64,000 nucleotides of DNA from Prionailurus viverrinus. Its lineage: Eukaryota. Below, in pieces: positions 24,577 through 35,470 of the stretch (positions are counted from its first letter, which is position 1; each line of letters begins with the position of its first letter). The stretch spans positions 66,798,464-66,862,463 of the forward strand of contig NC_062566.1 of the NCBI RefSeq assembly GCF_022837055.1. Reading direction: 5' to 3'. Position numbers and translations under genes: made by a program. A model generated the notes under the pieces. The model made no database searches. It saw only the letters and a list, made by a program, of their open reading frames with translations, and was not told where the DNA came from.

Positions 24577-24793
24577 AAAAATTTTAACGTTTATTTACTT
24601 TTGAGGCAGAGAGAGACAGAGCGTGAGTGGGGGAGGGTCAGAGACAGAGGGAGACACAGAATCCAAATCGAGCTCCAGGCTCCGAGCTGTCAACACAGAA
24701 CCCAACGCAGGGCTCAAACCCACAGACCAAGAGATCAAGACCTGAGTCGAAGTCCGGTGCTTAACAGACTGAGCCACCCAGGTGCCCCAGAAA
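24577..24793 (-). mobile_element. Can-SINE (reverse orientation), with its tail abutting the tail of the previous SINE
   Basis: It begins TTTTAACGTTTATTTACTTTTGAGGCAGAGAG, the exact reverse complement of the neighbouring tail, and ends ...CTGAGCCACCCAGGTGCCCC. Confidence 0.85.
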
Positions 24794-25296
24794 AGGGTAC
24801 TTTTTAACCTGTGGGCCCTTTTGTGCTGTAAGGCAACACAGGATCTAGCAGAGAGGAAAATCGATGAGGTGGGAATTTAAAACAAAAGTTTTTGGTTCAG
24901 ATGGTAAGGAGGCCCTCAAGAACAGCAGAAATCAGTATATCCAGGAGGCAGGGCTGGAGTCTACTTCGTGAACTAGAGGGTTTCTTCTTGGTATCCAAGT
25001 CCCTTTTAAATTTCTTCAAGTTTTTTAGCCAGGTTTGATATGTCATAATTCTGAGCCAGATACATTCCAAACACGTTGCCAAAAGTAAATCCAAGCAGGA
25101 TCTGGAGCATGAGGTCTGCAAGGAGGGGGAGGAGGGTGCAAAGGGTGGCTAAGAGCTGGTTTTCAAGGAAGGGCACCATGGCAAACCAACTTAACCCAAT
25201 ACCTGTAGCTCAAGAGAGGCTCTATAAATCACTTTGAGTTCATAAACTTGTTTCTTTCCCAAATCCTGGAAACATACTAGTCTCAATTGCATGTAT

Positions 25297-25500
25297 ATTT
25301 TTGTTCTGTATCTTTTTATTTTGGGGGGGTAGGGGGAAGAGCACCAGCAGGGAAAGAGCAGAGAGTGGGGACAGAGGATCTGAAGCAGGCTCTGCGCTGA
25401 CAGGCTGACAGCAGCAGATGACGTGGGGCTCCAACTCACAAACCACAAAACCATGACCTTAGCTGATGTATGCCATTCAACCAACTGAGCCACCCAGCAA
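25297..25500 (-). mobile_element. Can-SINE (reverse orientation)
   Basis: The plus strand reads ...GGGGGGGTAGGGGGAAGAGCACCAGCAGGGAAAGAGCAGAGAG...CAACTGAGCCACCCAGCAACC. Confidence 0.8.
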
Positions 25501-25862
25501 CCTCTGTTCCGTATCTTTGTACGTATACCAAGATTGTATTACCACCTCCCCCTGCCAAAAAAGGACAGGTTAAGACAGTGTATGCCTGTGTTGTAAGTTT
25601 AAAATTTTGAAAGAAATTGGTTGAATATTTTCCAAACACTCAGGATGGTATCATGAAAGCCATAACTAATACACTGACAGTATATTGACACACTCTTAAT
25701 GCCAATATATTGACTACACCTAGAATATATAAGAAACAATGACACTGTCTCTGTAAAGGGAAATGGGGACCAAGAGCTGTCAGTGGGCAAACAAAATTCT
25801 TTTCCTGTGTACACTTTTGAATTTATTATGTACATGTACTACCTATTCAAAAACAATTGATT

Positions 25863-26038
25863 TTTTTTTTTTAATGTTTACTTTTGAGGGAGGGGAGGGG
25901 CAGCAAGAGAGGGAGAGAGAATCCCAACCTATCAGCGCAGAGCCCAAAATGGAGCCCGAACTGATGAACCACGAGATAGTGACCTGAGCCAAAATCAAGG
26001 GTCAGATGCTTAATCGACTGAACCACCCAGGCACCCCA
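25863..26038 (-). mobile_element. Can-SINE (reverse orientation)
   Basis: The plus strand reads TTTTTTTTTTTTAATGTTTACTTTTGAGGGAGGGGAGGGG...CGACTGAACCACCCAGGCACCCC. Confidence 0.85.
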
Positions 26039-26233
26039 GAAATAAATTTAATTTTTAAATAAAATATTAGTTGCTTCTACATAGCCTATCTCGGAGAGAG
26101 ACACAAGACACTGACAACAGTTGCTTTCAGAAAAGTGAGGTGACTGGGGGACAGGGGTGAAAGGGATTTCACTCTATGCCTTTTTTTGTACCTTGTGCCA
26201 TGTGAATATATTAAACTCAATAAGAAACTTTTT

Positions 26234-26457
26234 TTTTTTTTAAATTTTTTTTTTTTTCAACGTTTATTTATTTTTGGGACAGAGAGAGACAGAGCATGAA
26301 CGGGGGAGGGGCAGAGAGAGGGAGACACAGAATCGGAAACAGGCTCCAGGCTCTGAGCCGTCAGCCCAGAGCCCGACGCGGGCTCGAACTCCCGGACCGC
26401 GAGATCGTGACCTGGCTGAAGTCGGACGCTTAACCGACTGCGCCACCCAGGCGCCCC
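26234..26457 (-). mobile_element. Young CpG-intact SINEC copy (reverse orientation). Perfect 15-bp TSD aataagaaacttttt at 26219-26233 and 26458-26472.
   Basis: Its reverse complement is nearly identical to the copy at 1586-1802, and about 17 CpGs are retained. Confidence 0.9.
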
Positions 26458-27267
26458 AATAAGAAACTTTTTAAAAGTGACATATAATAGTCCTAATAAA
26501 GGCTCTCTTTACTTTTTAATTATAGTTCATTTGTATTTCAAACTGATCCTGTGGGGTCTGGGGAAGAAAAAAGAAAGAAAAACTGATCTTGTGAACCTAA
26601 CAAAAGAAGCAAAGGTCCAAGGCAGAAATCATGAATATACATAAAATTATTTCCCCAAACCATTTTCCAGCAAAATTTAAAACTGCTTAAGGAAGAAAAA
26701 TACTTTGCAACATAACCTATGAAATCTGTGTTAACAGCTATGAAATGGGGAGAGGGGTTTTAAAAGATTTTACCTTTTTCTCAGACACCATTTTAACTTT
26801 GGAATACAGAAAACAAATTTTTAAGTGAAGTTATATTCTATACTATTAAACGAAGAAAACATTACTTCCTTTCTATCCAATTATATAAAGCAAGGGTATT
26901 TACTTGCCTTTCTACAATTAAATATACAACCTCTTCAAATGCTTTCAGTATGACTTTATTACCCAAATAACAATGGGATTTGACATTTAGGGTAGTCCCA
27001 TTGTATTTCCTCCCAAACCAATAAAAATAAATAAAATTCAAGAGGTAGAGAAGGGTTACAAGATAATTTAATTCAGTCCTTCATTTTACAGATGTAGAAG
27101 CAAATTCCCAGAAAGTTTAAATTCAAACTCACAACCAATAGGAAAAAAACATAATTGGAACCTAGATGTCCTGCCTCTGCAATCAGTATGCTTTCAAGTC
27201 ACGCCCCTAATAGGATGTAAGGTAACTGAAAGTGTCATTCAAATTTCTTTCCTGGCTCCACATTTTT

Positions 27268-27478
27268 CAAAATTTTTTTTTAATGTTTATTTATTTTTGA
27301 GAGACAGAGCATGAGCACAGTAAGGACAGAGAGAGGAAGACACAGAATCCGAAAGAGGCCCCAGGCTGAGCTGTCAGCACAAAGCCCCACGCGGGGCTCC
27401 AACCCATGAACCGTGAGATCGTGACCTGAGCCAAATGAAGTCGGATGTTTAACCAACTGAGCCACCCAGGGCACCCCT
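27268..27478 (-). mobile_element. Can-SINE (reverse orientation), first of a tandem pair
   Basis: The plus strand reads TTTTTTTTTAATGTTTATTTATTTTTGAGAGACAGAGCATGAGC...CAACTGAGCCACCCAGGGCACCCC. Confidence 0.85.
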
Positions 27479-27489
27479 TAGCTCCACAT

Positions 27490-27700
27490 TTTAATGTTTA
27501 TTTATTTTGGGGACAGAGACAGAGCGCGAGTAGGGGAGGGGCAGAGAGAGAGGGAGACACAGAATGTGAAGCAAGCTCCAGGTTCTGAGCTGTTAACACA
27601 GAGTCCGATGTGGGGCTCCAACCCACGAACCATGAGATCATGACCCGAGCAGAAGTCGGTCACTTAACCGACTGAGCCACCCAGGTGCCCCACATTTTAA
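27490..27700 (-). mobile_element. Can-SINE (reverse orientation), second of the tandem pair. Both members are flanked by the motif gctccacatttt.
   Basis: The plus strand reads TAATGTTTATTTATTTTGGGGACAGAGACAGAGCGCGAG...CGACTGAGCCACCCAGGTGCCCC. Confidence 0.85.
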
Positions 27701-28539
27701 ATAAGTAATCTGTGATAGTAGTCAGAAATGCTATTTAATAAAGGAAAACAAGGAATAAATCTTTAAAAGTATTTTAATTAATATAATCTCTTGAGATCAA
27801 TAATATATTGTTTAAATTTTCTGCGTAAGTAGGCCCAAGGCAACTGCTGGCAAAAGGGTAAAGAAAAAGTAATTTTATTTTAAAATAAATGCCAAAAATC
27901 AACTTTACAAAATAACTTTATCAATATGAATCATTTTAAAAAAGAAATATAAGACTTCATATACATGCATCAAATTGTACTCTCATTCACTGACATGAAC
28001 ACACCTCCACAAACTAACACAAGGGCAAATAAATAAATATATACAAATAGATATACATGGCCAAATAACAAGCTACAGATTCACCTGCCATTTCCAGAGA
28101 CCAAAATCTTCTTATAAATACACTGGCAAATACAGCAAAATACCAATATAAAGGAACACATATATACATATATGCATAAATACCAGAACCCAAAGTGACA
28201 TGTAGACATATACCACAGTGCTTATATACACATACATCATAAATAAGCATGTAGTCCAGAAAGAAAACAAATGGTGATCTACAAAACAGTCAAAAATATT
28301 ATACCCTTTTCATTGCTGGTGAAAACTTAACAGTTCACAATAAAATTCAGTTTAATATAATGCTCATGTCTTAAATAATGGAAACAGAAAAAGACACTAG
28401 ACTCTAAAGCCATTCCTACAGACACTCTCTCATAAAAATATAACAGCACAATGATGGGGACTCCTACCCTAACTAGAATAAAGGTAATTTGCTAAATGAG
28501 ACCACTGAAAGTGATAAGAGAAACATTCTGTAAAATGAG

Positions 28540-28742
28540 CTAAATTCTTTTCACTTTAAAGGCCCTGCTAGAGATTTGCTGCTGCTCTACTTCACGACCT
28601 GGGGAGGCAAAACTAAAAAAGCTGTTGCTGGGTTCAGGTGCTGTGGGAGAAGCCACAAAAAATGGTCTGAACTGAAAATCTCCATCTCCACCACCCCGAT
28701 TTTGAACTGGTGTACTGTCCAAAGGAAACTTGGAGTTGTTCC
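28540..28742 (-). CDS. CCNB1IP1: CCNB1IP1 last coding exon: (G)NNSKFPLDSTPVQNRGGGDGDFQFRPFFVASPTAPEPSNSFFSFASPGREVEQQQISSRAFKVKRI*
   Basis: The ORF track has a matching ORF at 28540..28722 (-). The acceptor is tttttttcctag|GGAACAAC. The translation matches the human HEI10 C-terminus. Confidence 0.9.
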
Positions 28743-29073
28743 CTAGGAAAAAAATAAGGGGAAAACTTAAGCATCCATTTGCTTACAGATCTTTAGGTAC
28801 AAAAAGACAAAATTCATTTAATAAATATTTTAACAGAATCAATTCCTATGAGACAGTAAAATATAAACTTAATATTGGATAGAGAAAAGGGTTATGATGG
28901 CTCCTACTCCCTCCCCCAACCACAGTATATACTATACCTTCTGCTGTGATGCACTTTCCAGTAGCTATGAACTCATCACCAAAAGTAATTTTACAGTGAA
29001 ATGTTTTTTAGTATAGCCAGAATTTACAATTCATAATTTCATTCATTATCTATGTAATCTACTTCAAAGGAAT

Positions 29074-29075
<2 letters not shown>

Positions 29076-29114
<39 letters not shown>
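29076..29114 (+). repeat. (GT)n microsatellite
   Basis: The run reads tgtgtgtgtgtgtgtgtgtgtgtgtgtgtgtgtgtgtac. Confidence 0.95.
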
Positions 29115-29117
<3 letters not shown>

Positions 29118-29164
29118 CGTAATAAAGCCTTTTGTCCCAGGTTCTTTAAGAATAATTTTATTTA

Positions 29165-29370
29165 TTTACTTATTTTATTTTTGAGAGAGAGAGAGAGTGC
29201 ACCTAGCGGGGTGCGGCGGGGGGGTACATACAGAGGGAGAGAGAGAATCTTCAGCATGCTCATCTGGTGAGGAGCCCAATGCAGGGCTCAATCTCACAAC
29301 CATGAGATCATGACCTGACCCAAAATCAAGAGTCCGACGCTTAACTGACTGAGCCACCAGGAGCCTCCAG
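29165..29370 (-). mobile_element. Can-SINE (reverse orientation)
   Basis: The plus strand reads TTTATTTACTTATTTTATTTTTGAGAGAGAGAGAGAGTGCACC...CTGACTGAGCCACCAGGAGCC. Confidence 0.8.
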
Positions 29371-29636
29371 AATAAAATTTTTTTAAAATACTGCCATAAA
29401 CAGAAAATATATATCAACTATGAAAAACTGGCACATACTCGCAGTCCAAGATTAGAATAACATTAAAAAAAAAAAATCAGACAATAGATCTGATTAAATA
29501 AACATTTAACAACTTCCACCGTACCATTCTTTGGCTTCTACAAGTTTTAAATGGAGTATGTAACTAAAAGAGAATGCGGACTATAAACATGCTTCAAGCT
29601 AACAGCTGTAACAAGAGATAAAAGTAAAAAGGTTAA

Positions 29637-29860
29637 GGGGCACCTGGGTGGCTCAGTCAGTGAAGCGTCCAACTTCGGCTCAGGTCATGATCTCACGGCT
29701 TGTGATTTCAAGCCCCGCATCGGGCTCTGTGCTGACAGCTCAGAGCCTGGAGCCTGCTCCAGACTCTGTGTGTCCCTCTCTCTGCCCGTCCCCTGCTTGC
29801 ACTCTGTCTCTCACTCTCTCTTTCTCTCAAAAATAAATTAAAAAAAAAAAAAAGTTAAAA
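29637..29860 (+). mobile_element. Can-SINE. TSD aaaaaggttaag.
   Basis: The head is GGGGCACCTGGGTGGCTCAGTCAGTGAAGCGTCCAAC and the tail is ...CAAAAATAAATTAAAAAAAAAAAAA. Confidence 0.9.
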
Positions 29861-30544
29861 AAAAAGGTTAAGTGTGCATAAAAAGTGGAACAGGAAAGAA
29901 CTGATGAATATAAAGAAATCAACATAAATGTGGATTGTAACAAGGAAAAAATATCTATAATGTTAATATACAATAACACTTTGACTAAATTATAATTATG
30001 ATTAACTGAAATTTAAGCAAAAACTTGTTTTTGCTTCAATTCTTATATCTAATATTCTTCACCTTATTACTTCCTGCCTTTTCTAGGACATCTCTTCCCC
30101 TACTAAATGTTTTTCCTCAGGCTGTAATTCAAAAAACATGTATTTAGGAAATTAAGCACATGAAACTTCACTTTTTTACATTCCAAAACTAATTTATACT
30201 AATAGCATAGTAAAAATCACTTGGATTCTATTATATCAAGAATAGTATAAAGAGAACTCAGGAAGAGACAGGAGTTTCATTGCATCTGTCAAGGGACCTA
30301 ACAAGCAGAAAAGAACTGGTATCTTCCTAGATTGTGCACTTCCAGAAAGCAGGAATCCTATCTGCATAATCCTTATATTCTCATTGCCTAGGATTATGTC
30401 TAGCAGACTAGTACATGAAGTATGTTTGATAAATACTTGATGAATGAATAAACAAAAGCAAACCAACAATAACTTAAGTACTGTGCAATCAGTATTGCCA
30501 TGTGAAAGAAAATGAAACATGGACTTCTTGAGGATAGGAAATGG

Positions 30545-30710
30545 TTGAGTATGGGCTCTGAAGATAGTTCTGTAACTTGACTAATTTACTTAAACTTTCT
30601 GTGCCTCAGTTTTCTCATCTGTAAAATAAGGGTAATAACTACTTCACAAAGTTTTAAAAATAAAATGAATATATGTAATATTATAACAGTATCTAGTCCT
30701 TAGTAAGGAA
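30545..30710 (+). mobile_element. MIR (ancient mammalian-wide SINE) fragment
   Basis: The core reads CTGTGCCTCAGTTTTCTCATCTGTAAAATAAGGGTAATAACTACTTCACAAAG. Confidence 0.7.
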
Positions 30711-30996
30711 TCGAAAACTGGCAACTAGTATTACTGCAAGGAAACAGCTTTTCACTTAAAGTATCAATTTGCAAACTATTTTGAAGAGATTTACTGTTTA
30801 CAATGAAGATGTAACTTAACCACAAGCAAATAAAAATAAATAAAAGCAAAGATGTACATGTTTAGACCTGGATAAGGAATCTGGAACCTATCACCACTCT
30901 AGGCCTTTGGAGTCTCCATTGACTTTCTAGAACTGTGCAGAACACAATGTGAAAGATTTAAAGAACAGTTATTGGATATTATATGTCCTTTCTTAC

Positions 30997-31330
30997 CTAA
31001 TGGAAAGCCAAAAACACCAGATTGTGCAATCATGGATGGTTCCAGCATACTTTCTTGGTTAGCAATAGTGATGTTTCGCAGCCTAAGGCTATCATACAGG
31101 CCTTGGAGCTTTTGATACTGACGATTTCGCTCCATAAGTTTCTCAGAGATGTCACTGAACTTTTTCTTATATTCTTCTAGCACTTTCTTCATGGAGGTGA
31201 CTTCCCCCTTCATAGAGGTCAATTCTACATCCTTACTCTGTATTTGCTGAGTGTATATCTTCTCCATCTGTTTCAGATGGCCCTCAGCCTTGCTGAAATT
31301 GTATTCTTGATAGAGACGCTCCTGATGTAC
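30997..31330 (-). CDS. CCNB1IP1: CCNB1IP1 middle coding exon (coiled-coil): VHQERLYQEYNFSKAEGHLKQMEKIYTQQIQSKDVELTSMKGEVTSMKKVLEEYKKKFSDISEKLMERNRQYQKLQGLYDSLRLRNITIANQESMLEPSMIAQSGVFGFPL(G)
   Basis: The ORF track has a matching ORF at 30899..31267 (-). The acceptor is ctcggggcag|GTACATCAG and the donor is CCATTAG|gtaaga. Confidence 0.9.
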
Positions 31331-32187
31331 CTGCCCCGAGAGAAAAAGAGATTTTTAAGGTAATAAGTACAAAGTTATATATCATAAAACTTTACACAAA
31401 AAGATTTACACCAGGACATTACTAATTTAACATTTAGAACCAGATTAAGAAGCAAACAAGATGTACAATTGGATGGTTACTATAGAAAATAATACACCAT
31501 GTCACTAAACACATAAGAAAAAACTCTGGAGGAATATTCTCAAACTGCTACCATTATACCAACAAAAGTATCTATCTAACCCTGAAAAGTGACATGTAGT
31601 CTTAGTATTTTTAAAAAATATGAATGTCATATTTCAAGTAATCCATAGTATGGAGAACAGATAAGACAGTCTCCAATTATCCCTGTCTCCTTGTACTTAG
31701 ATTCTCTCCTACAATGTGGGCAGAAGCTGTGACAAGAATACAGGTAAAATGAAAGGATGCTGCTTGATATTACATAAGACTATAAAGTCGGCCTTAGCAC
31801 ACTCTCTTGCTGGCTTTGTAAAAGCAAGTAGCCATGTTGCAAAGGCCAAGGCAAGTAATTGAGTACAGCCTTTGAGCAACAGCCAGCACAATACTGAGGT
31901 CATAATGAATCTAAACATAAGACTGTACACAACCTTCACAAAAATTAACTCAAAATGGATCACAGAACTAATGTAAACACAAAACTATAAGATTCCTATA
32001 AGGTAACAGAGGAGAAAATCTAAATGATCTTGGGTTTAATGGTGACTTTTTAGATGCAACACAAAAAGGCACAATCTGTGAAAGAACTGATGAGCTAGAT
32101 TTCATTAAAGTTGAAAATTTCTGCTCTGCAAAAGACAATGTCAAGAGAATGAAAAGACAAGCCATAGAATGAGAGAAAATATCTGGG

Positions 32188-32330
32188 GGCACCTAGGTGG
32201 CTTGGTCAGTTAAGCATCCAACTTCGGCTCAGGTCATGATCTCATGGTTTATAAGTTCGAGCCCCCTTCAGATCCTGTGTCCCTCTCTCTCTGTCCCCCC
32301 ACGCTTTCTCTCTCAAAAAAAAAAGACATG
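32188..32330 (+). mobile_element. Can-SINE, internally deleted
   Basis: The sequence reads GGGGCACCTAGGTGGCTTGGTCAGTTAAGCATCCAAC...CTCTCTCAAAAAAAAAAG. Confidence 0.75.
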
Positions 32331-32410
32331 ATAAGTCTGTTATCCAAAACATACAAAGAACTCTTAGAACTCAACAATAAATAACCCAACTTAAAAAATC
32401 AGTCACAGGG

Positions 32411-32640
32411 GCAGGCACCTGGGTGGCTCAGTCAGTTGAGCAGCTGACTTAAGTTCATGTCATGATCTTGCAGTTTGTGAGTTCGAGCCCCGCATCAGGC
32501 TTTGTGCTGACAGCTCGGAGCCTGGAGCCTGTTTCTGATTCTTGTCTCCCTCTGCCCCTCCCCTGCTCACACTCTGTCTCTGTCTCAAAAATGCATAAAC
32601 ATTAAAAACTTAAAAAAAAAAAATCAGTCACAAACCTTAA
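32411..32640 (+). mobile_element. Can-SINE. TSD aaaaaatcagtcaca.
   Basis: The head is GGGGCAGGCACCTGGGTGGCTCAGTCAGTTGAGCAGCTGAC and the tail is ...CAAAAATGCATAAACATTAAAAA. Confidence 0.85.
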
Positions 32641-34110
32641 TAGACATTTCACCAAAGAAAATAAACAAATGTGAAGTAAGCATATGAAAAGATATCCCGA
32701 CAAAGCTGTAATCATCAAGACAGTATGGTACTGGCACAAGAACAGACACTCAGATCAATGGAACAGAACAGAGAACCCAGAAATGGACCCACAAACATAT
32801 GGCCAACTCATCTTTGACAAAGCAGGAAACAATATCCAATGGAATAAAGTCTTTTCAGCAAGTGGTGCTGGGAAACCTGGACAGCGACATGCAGAAGAAT
32901 GAACCTGGATGGACCACTTTCTTACACCATACACAAAAATAAACTCAAAATGGATGAAAGACCTCAATGTAACACAGGAAGCCATCAAAATCCTTGAGGA
33001 GAAAGCAGACACAAACCTCTTTGATCTTGGCCGCAGCAACTTCTTACTCAACACGTCTCCAGAAGCAAGGGAAACAAAAGCAAAAATGAACTACTGGGAC
33101 CTCATCAAAATAAAAAGCTTCTACACAGTGAAGGAAACAATCAGCAAAACTAAATGACAACCGACAGAATGGGAGAAGCTTTTTGCAAATGACATATCAA
33201 ATAAAGGGTTAATATCCAAAATCTATAAAGAACTGATCAAACTCAACACTCAAAAATCAAATAATCCAGTGAAGAAATAGGCAAAAGACATGAATAGACA
33301 CTTCTCCAAGGAAAATATCCAGATGGCCAACCGACACATGAAAAAATGCTCAGCATCACTCATCATCAGGGAAATACAAATCAAAACCACAATGAGATAC
33401 CACCTTACACCTGTCAGAATGGCTAACATGAACAACTCAGGCAACAACAGATGTTGGCGAGGATGTGGAGAAAGAGGATCTCTTTTGCATTGTTGGTGGC
33501 AATGCAAGCTGGTGCAGCCACTCTGGAAAACAGTATGGAGGTACCTCAAAAAACTAAAGGTAGAAATACCTACGACCCAGCAATTGCACTACTAGGCATG
33601 TATCCAAGGGATACAGGTGTGCTCTTTCAAAGGGACACATGCACCCCCATGTTTATAGCAGCACTATCAACAATAGCCAAAGTATGGAAAGAGCCCAAAT
33701 GTCCATCGATGGATGAATAAATAAAGAAGATGTGGTATACATATATATACAATGGAGTATTACTCAGCAATCAAAAAGAATGAAATCTTACCATTTGCAA
33801 CTACGTGAATGGAACTGGAGGGTATTATGCTAAGTGAAATTAGTCAGGCAGAGAAATACAAATATATGACTTCACTCATATGAGGACGCTAAGACACAAC
33901 AGATTAACAGAAGGAAAGGGAAACAAAAATAATATAGAAACAGGGAGGGGGACAAAGCAGAAGAGACTCAAATATGGAGAACAAACTGAGGGTTACTGGA
34001 GGGGTTGTAGGAGGGGGGATGGGCTAAATGGGTAACGGGCATTAAGGAATCTGCTCCTGAAATCATTGTTGCACTATATGCTAACTAATTTGGATGTAAA
34101 TTTTTAAAAA
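32641..34110 (+). mobile_element. L1 (carnivore LINE-1) 3' portion of about 1.45 kb, covering the ORF2 C-terminal region through the 3' UTR and A-rich end. The ORF is broken by stops.
   Basis: The ORF-track entries at 32684..32902, 32909..33157, 33290..33595 and 33451..33720 carry typical L1 ORF2 peptides ([41 protein letters not shown]..., ...WKEPKCPSMDE). Confidence 0.9.
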
Positions 34111-34139
34111 TAAAATTAAAAAAAAGAAAAGATATCCCA

Positions 34140-34600
34140 TATCATGTCATCAGGTAAATGCAAATTAAAACAAGATACTACTACACACCTATTAGAATGG
34201 CCCAAATCCAGAACACTGATAACTAGCAAGGATGTGGAGCAAAAGGAACTCTCCTTCATTGATGATAGGAATGCAAAGTTTGGAAGACAGATTTCTTGTA
34301 AGACAGATTCCTTATAAAACAGCAGTTTCTTATAAAACCAAACATAGTCTTACTATACAATCCAGAAATCATGCTCTTTGGTATTTATCCAAAGGAACTG
34401 AAAACATGTCTTGCACACAAATGTTTATAGCAGCTTTATTCATTATTACCAACACTTGTAAGCAACCAAATTGTCCTTCAGAGGTGAATGGATAAATAAA
34501 CTGTGTAAAATCTAACAACAGAATAGTATTAACATTAAAAGGATATGAACTATCAAGACATGAAAAAAGAGGAAATTTAAATGAGTATTACTAAGTCAAA
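34140..34600 (+). mobile_element. Second, older L1 3' fragment
   Basis: The ORF-track entry at 34232..34495 reads ...NMSCTQMFIAALFIITNTCKQPNCPSEVNG, which parallels the L1 ORF2 tail motif. Confidence 0.75.
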
Positions 34601-34603
34601 GAA

Positions 34604-34830
34604 GCCAATGGAGTGCCTGGGTGGCTCAGTGGGTTAAGCGTCAGACTTCAGCTCAGGTCATGATCTCACAGTCTGTGAGTTCGAGCCCTGCGTTGGGCTC
34701 TGTGCCAACAGCTCAGAGCCCGGAGCCTGCTTCAGCTTCTGTGTCTGCCTCTCCCCCCTCACACTCTGCCTCTGTCGATCTATGAAAAATGAATAAACCT
34801 TAAAAAAATTAAAAAAAAAGAAGCCAATGA
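34604..34830 (+). mobile_element. Can-SINE. TSD aagaagccaatg.
   Basis: The head is GGAGTGCCTGGGTGGCTCAGTGGGTTAAGCGTCAGAC. Confidence 0.9.
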
Positions 34831-35257
34831 AAAAGACTACAAACTGTAGGATTCCAACTGTGTGACAGTCTGAAAAAGGCAAAACTATGGAAATAGTAAA
34901 AAGATCAGTGGTTGCCAGGGGTTAGGGGAAAGGAGGGATAAAGATGGTGCACAGATTTTTAGAGCAGTGAAACTACTGTGGATGATATTATCATGGTGCA
35001 TATAAGTCATTATACATTTGTCCAAATTCACAGCATATATATACCACAGAGAGAACCCTAATGTAAACTATGGACTTGTATGACAGTGACATGTCAATGT
35101 AGGTCCACCATTTAAAACATGTGTACCATCGCGGTGGCAGATGTTGATAATGGAGGACTATACATGTATCGAAGACAACAAATATACGGGAAATCTCTCC
35201 ATCTTCCTCTTAATTGTGCTATAAACCTAACACTGCTTTAAAAATAAAGTCCCTTCG

Positions 35258-35470
35258 GGGCATCTGGGTGACTCAGTCAGGTAAGCGCCCGACTTCAGCT
35301 CAGGTCATGATCTCATGGTCTGTGAGTTGGGGCCCCACGTCAGGCTCTGTGCTGACAGCTCAGAGCCTGGGGCCTGCTTCAGATTCTGTGTCTCCCTCTC
35401 TTTGCCCCTCCCCGACTCACACCTCTGTCTCTCTTTCTCTCAAAAGCAAATAAACATTAAAAAATTTAAA
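35258..35470 (+). mobile_element. Can-SINE
   Basis: The head is GGGGCATCTGGGTGACTCAGTCAGGTAAGCGCCCGAC. Confidence 0.85.

Noticed and set aside
24340-27700. Regularly spaced, similar repeats (tandem and inverted SINEs) superficially reminiscent of an array
   Set aside because: The units are 200-bp SINEs with poly-A tails and TSDs, with variable spacing and opposite orientations. It is not a CRISPR or satellite array.
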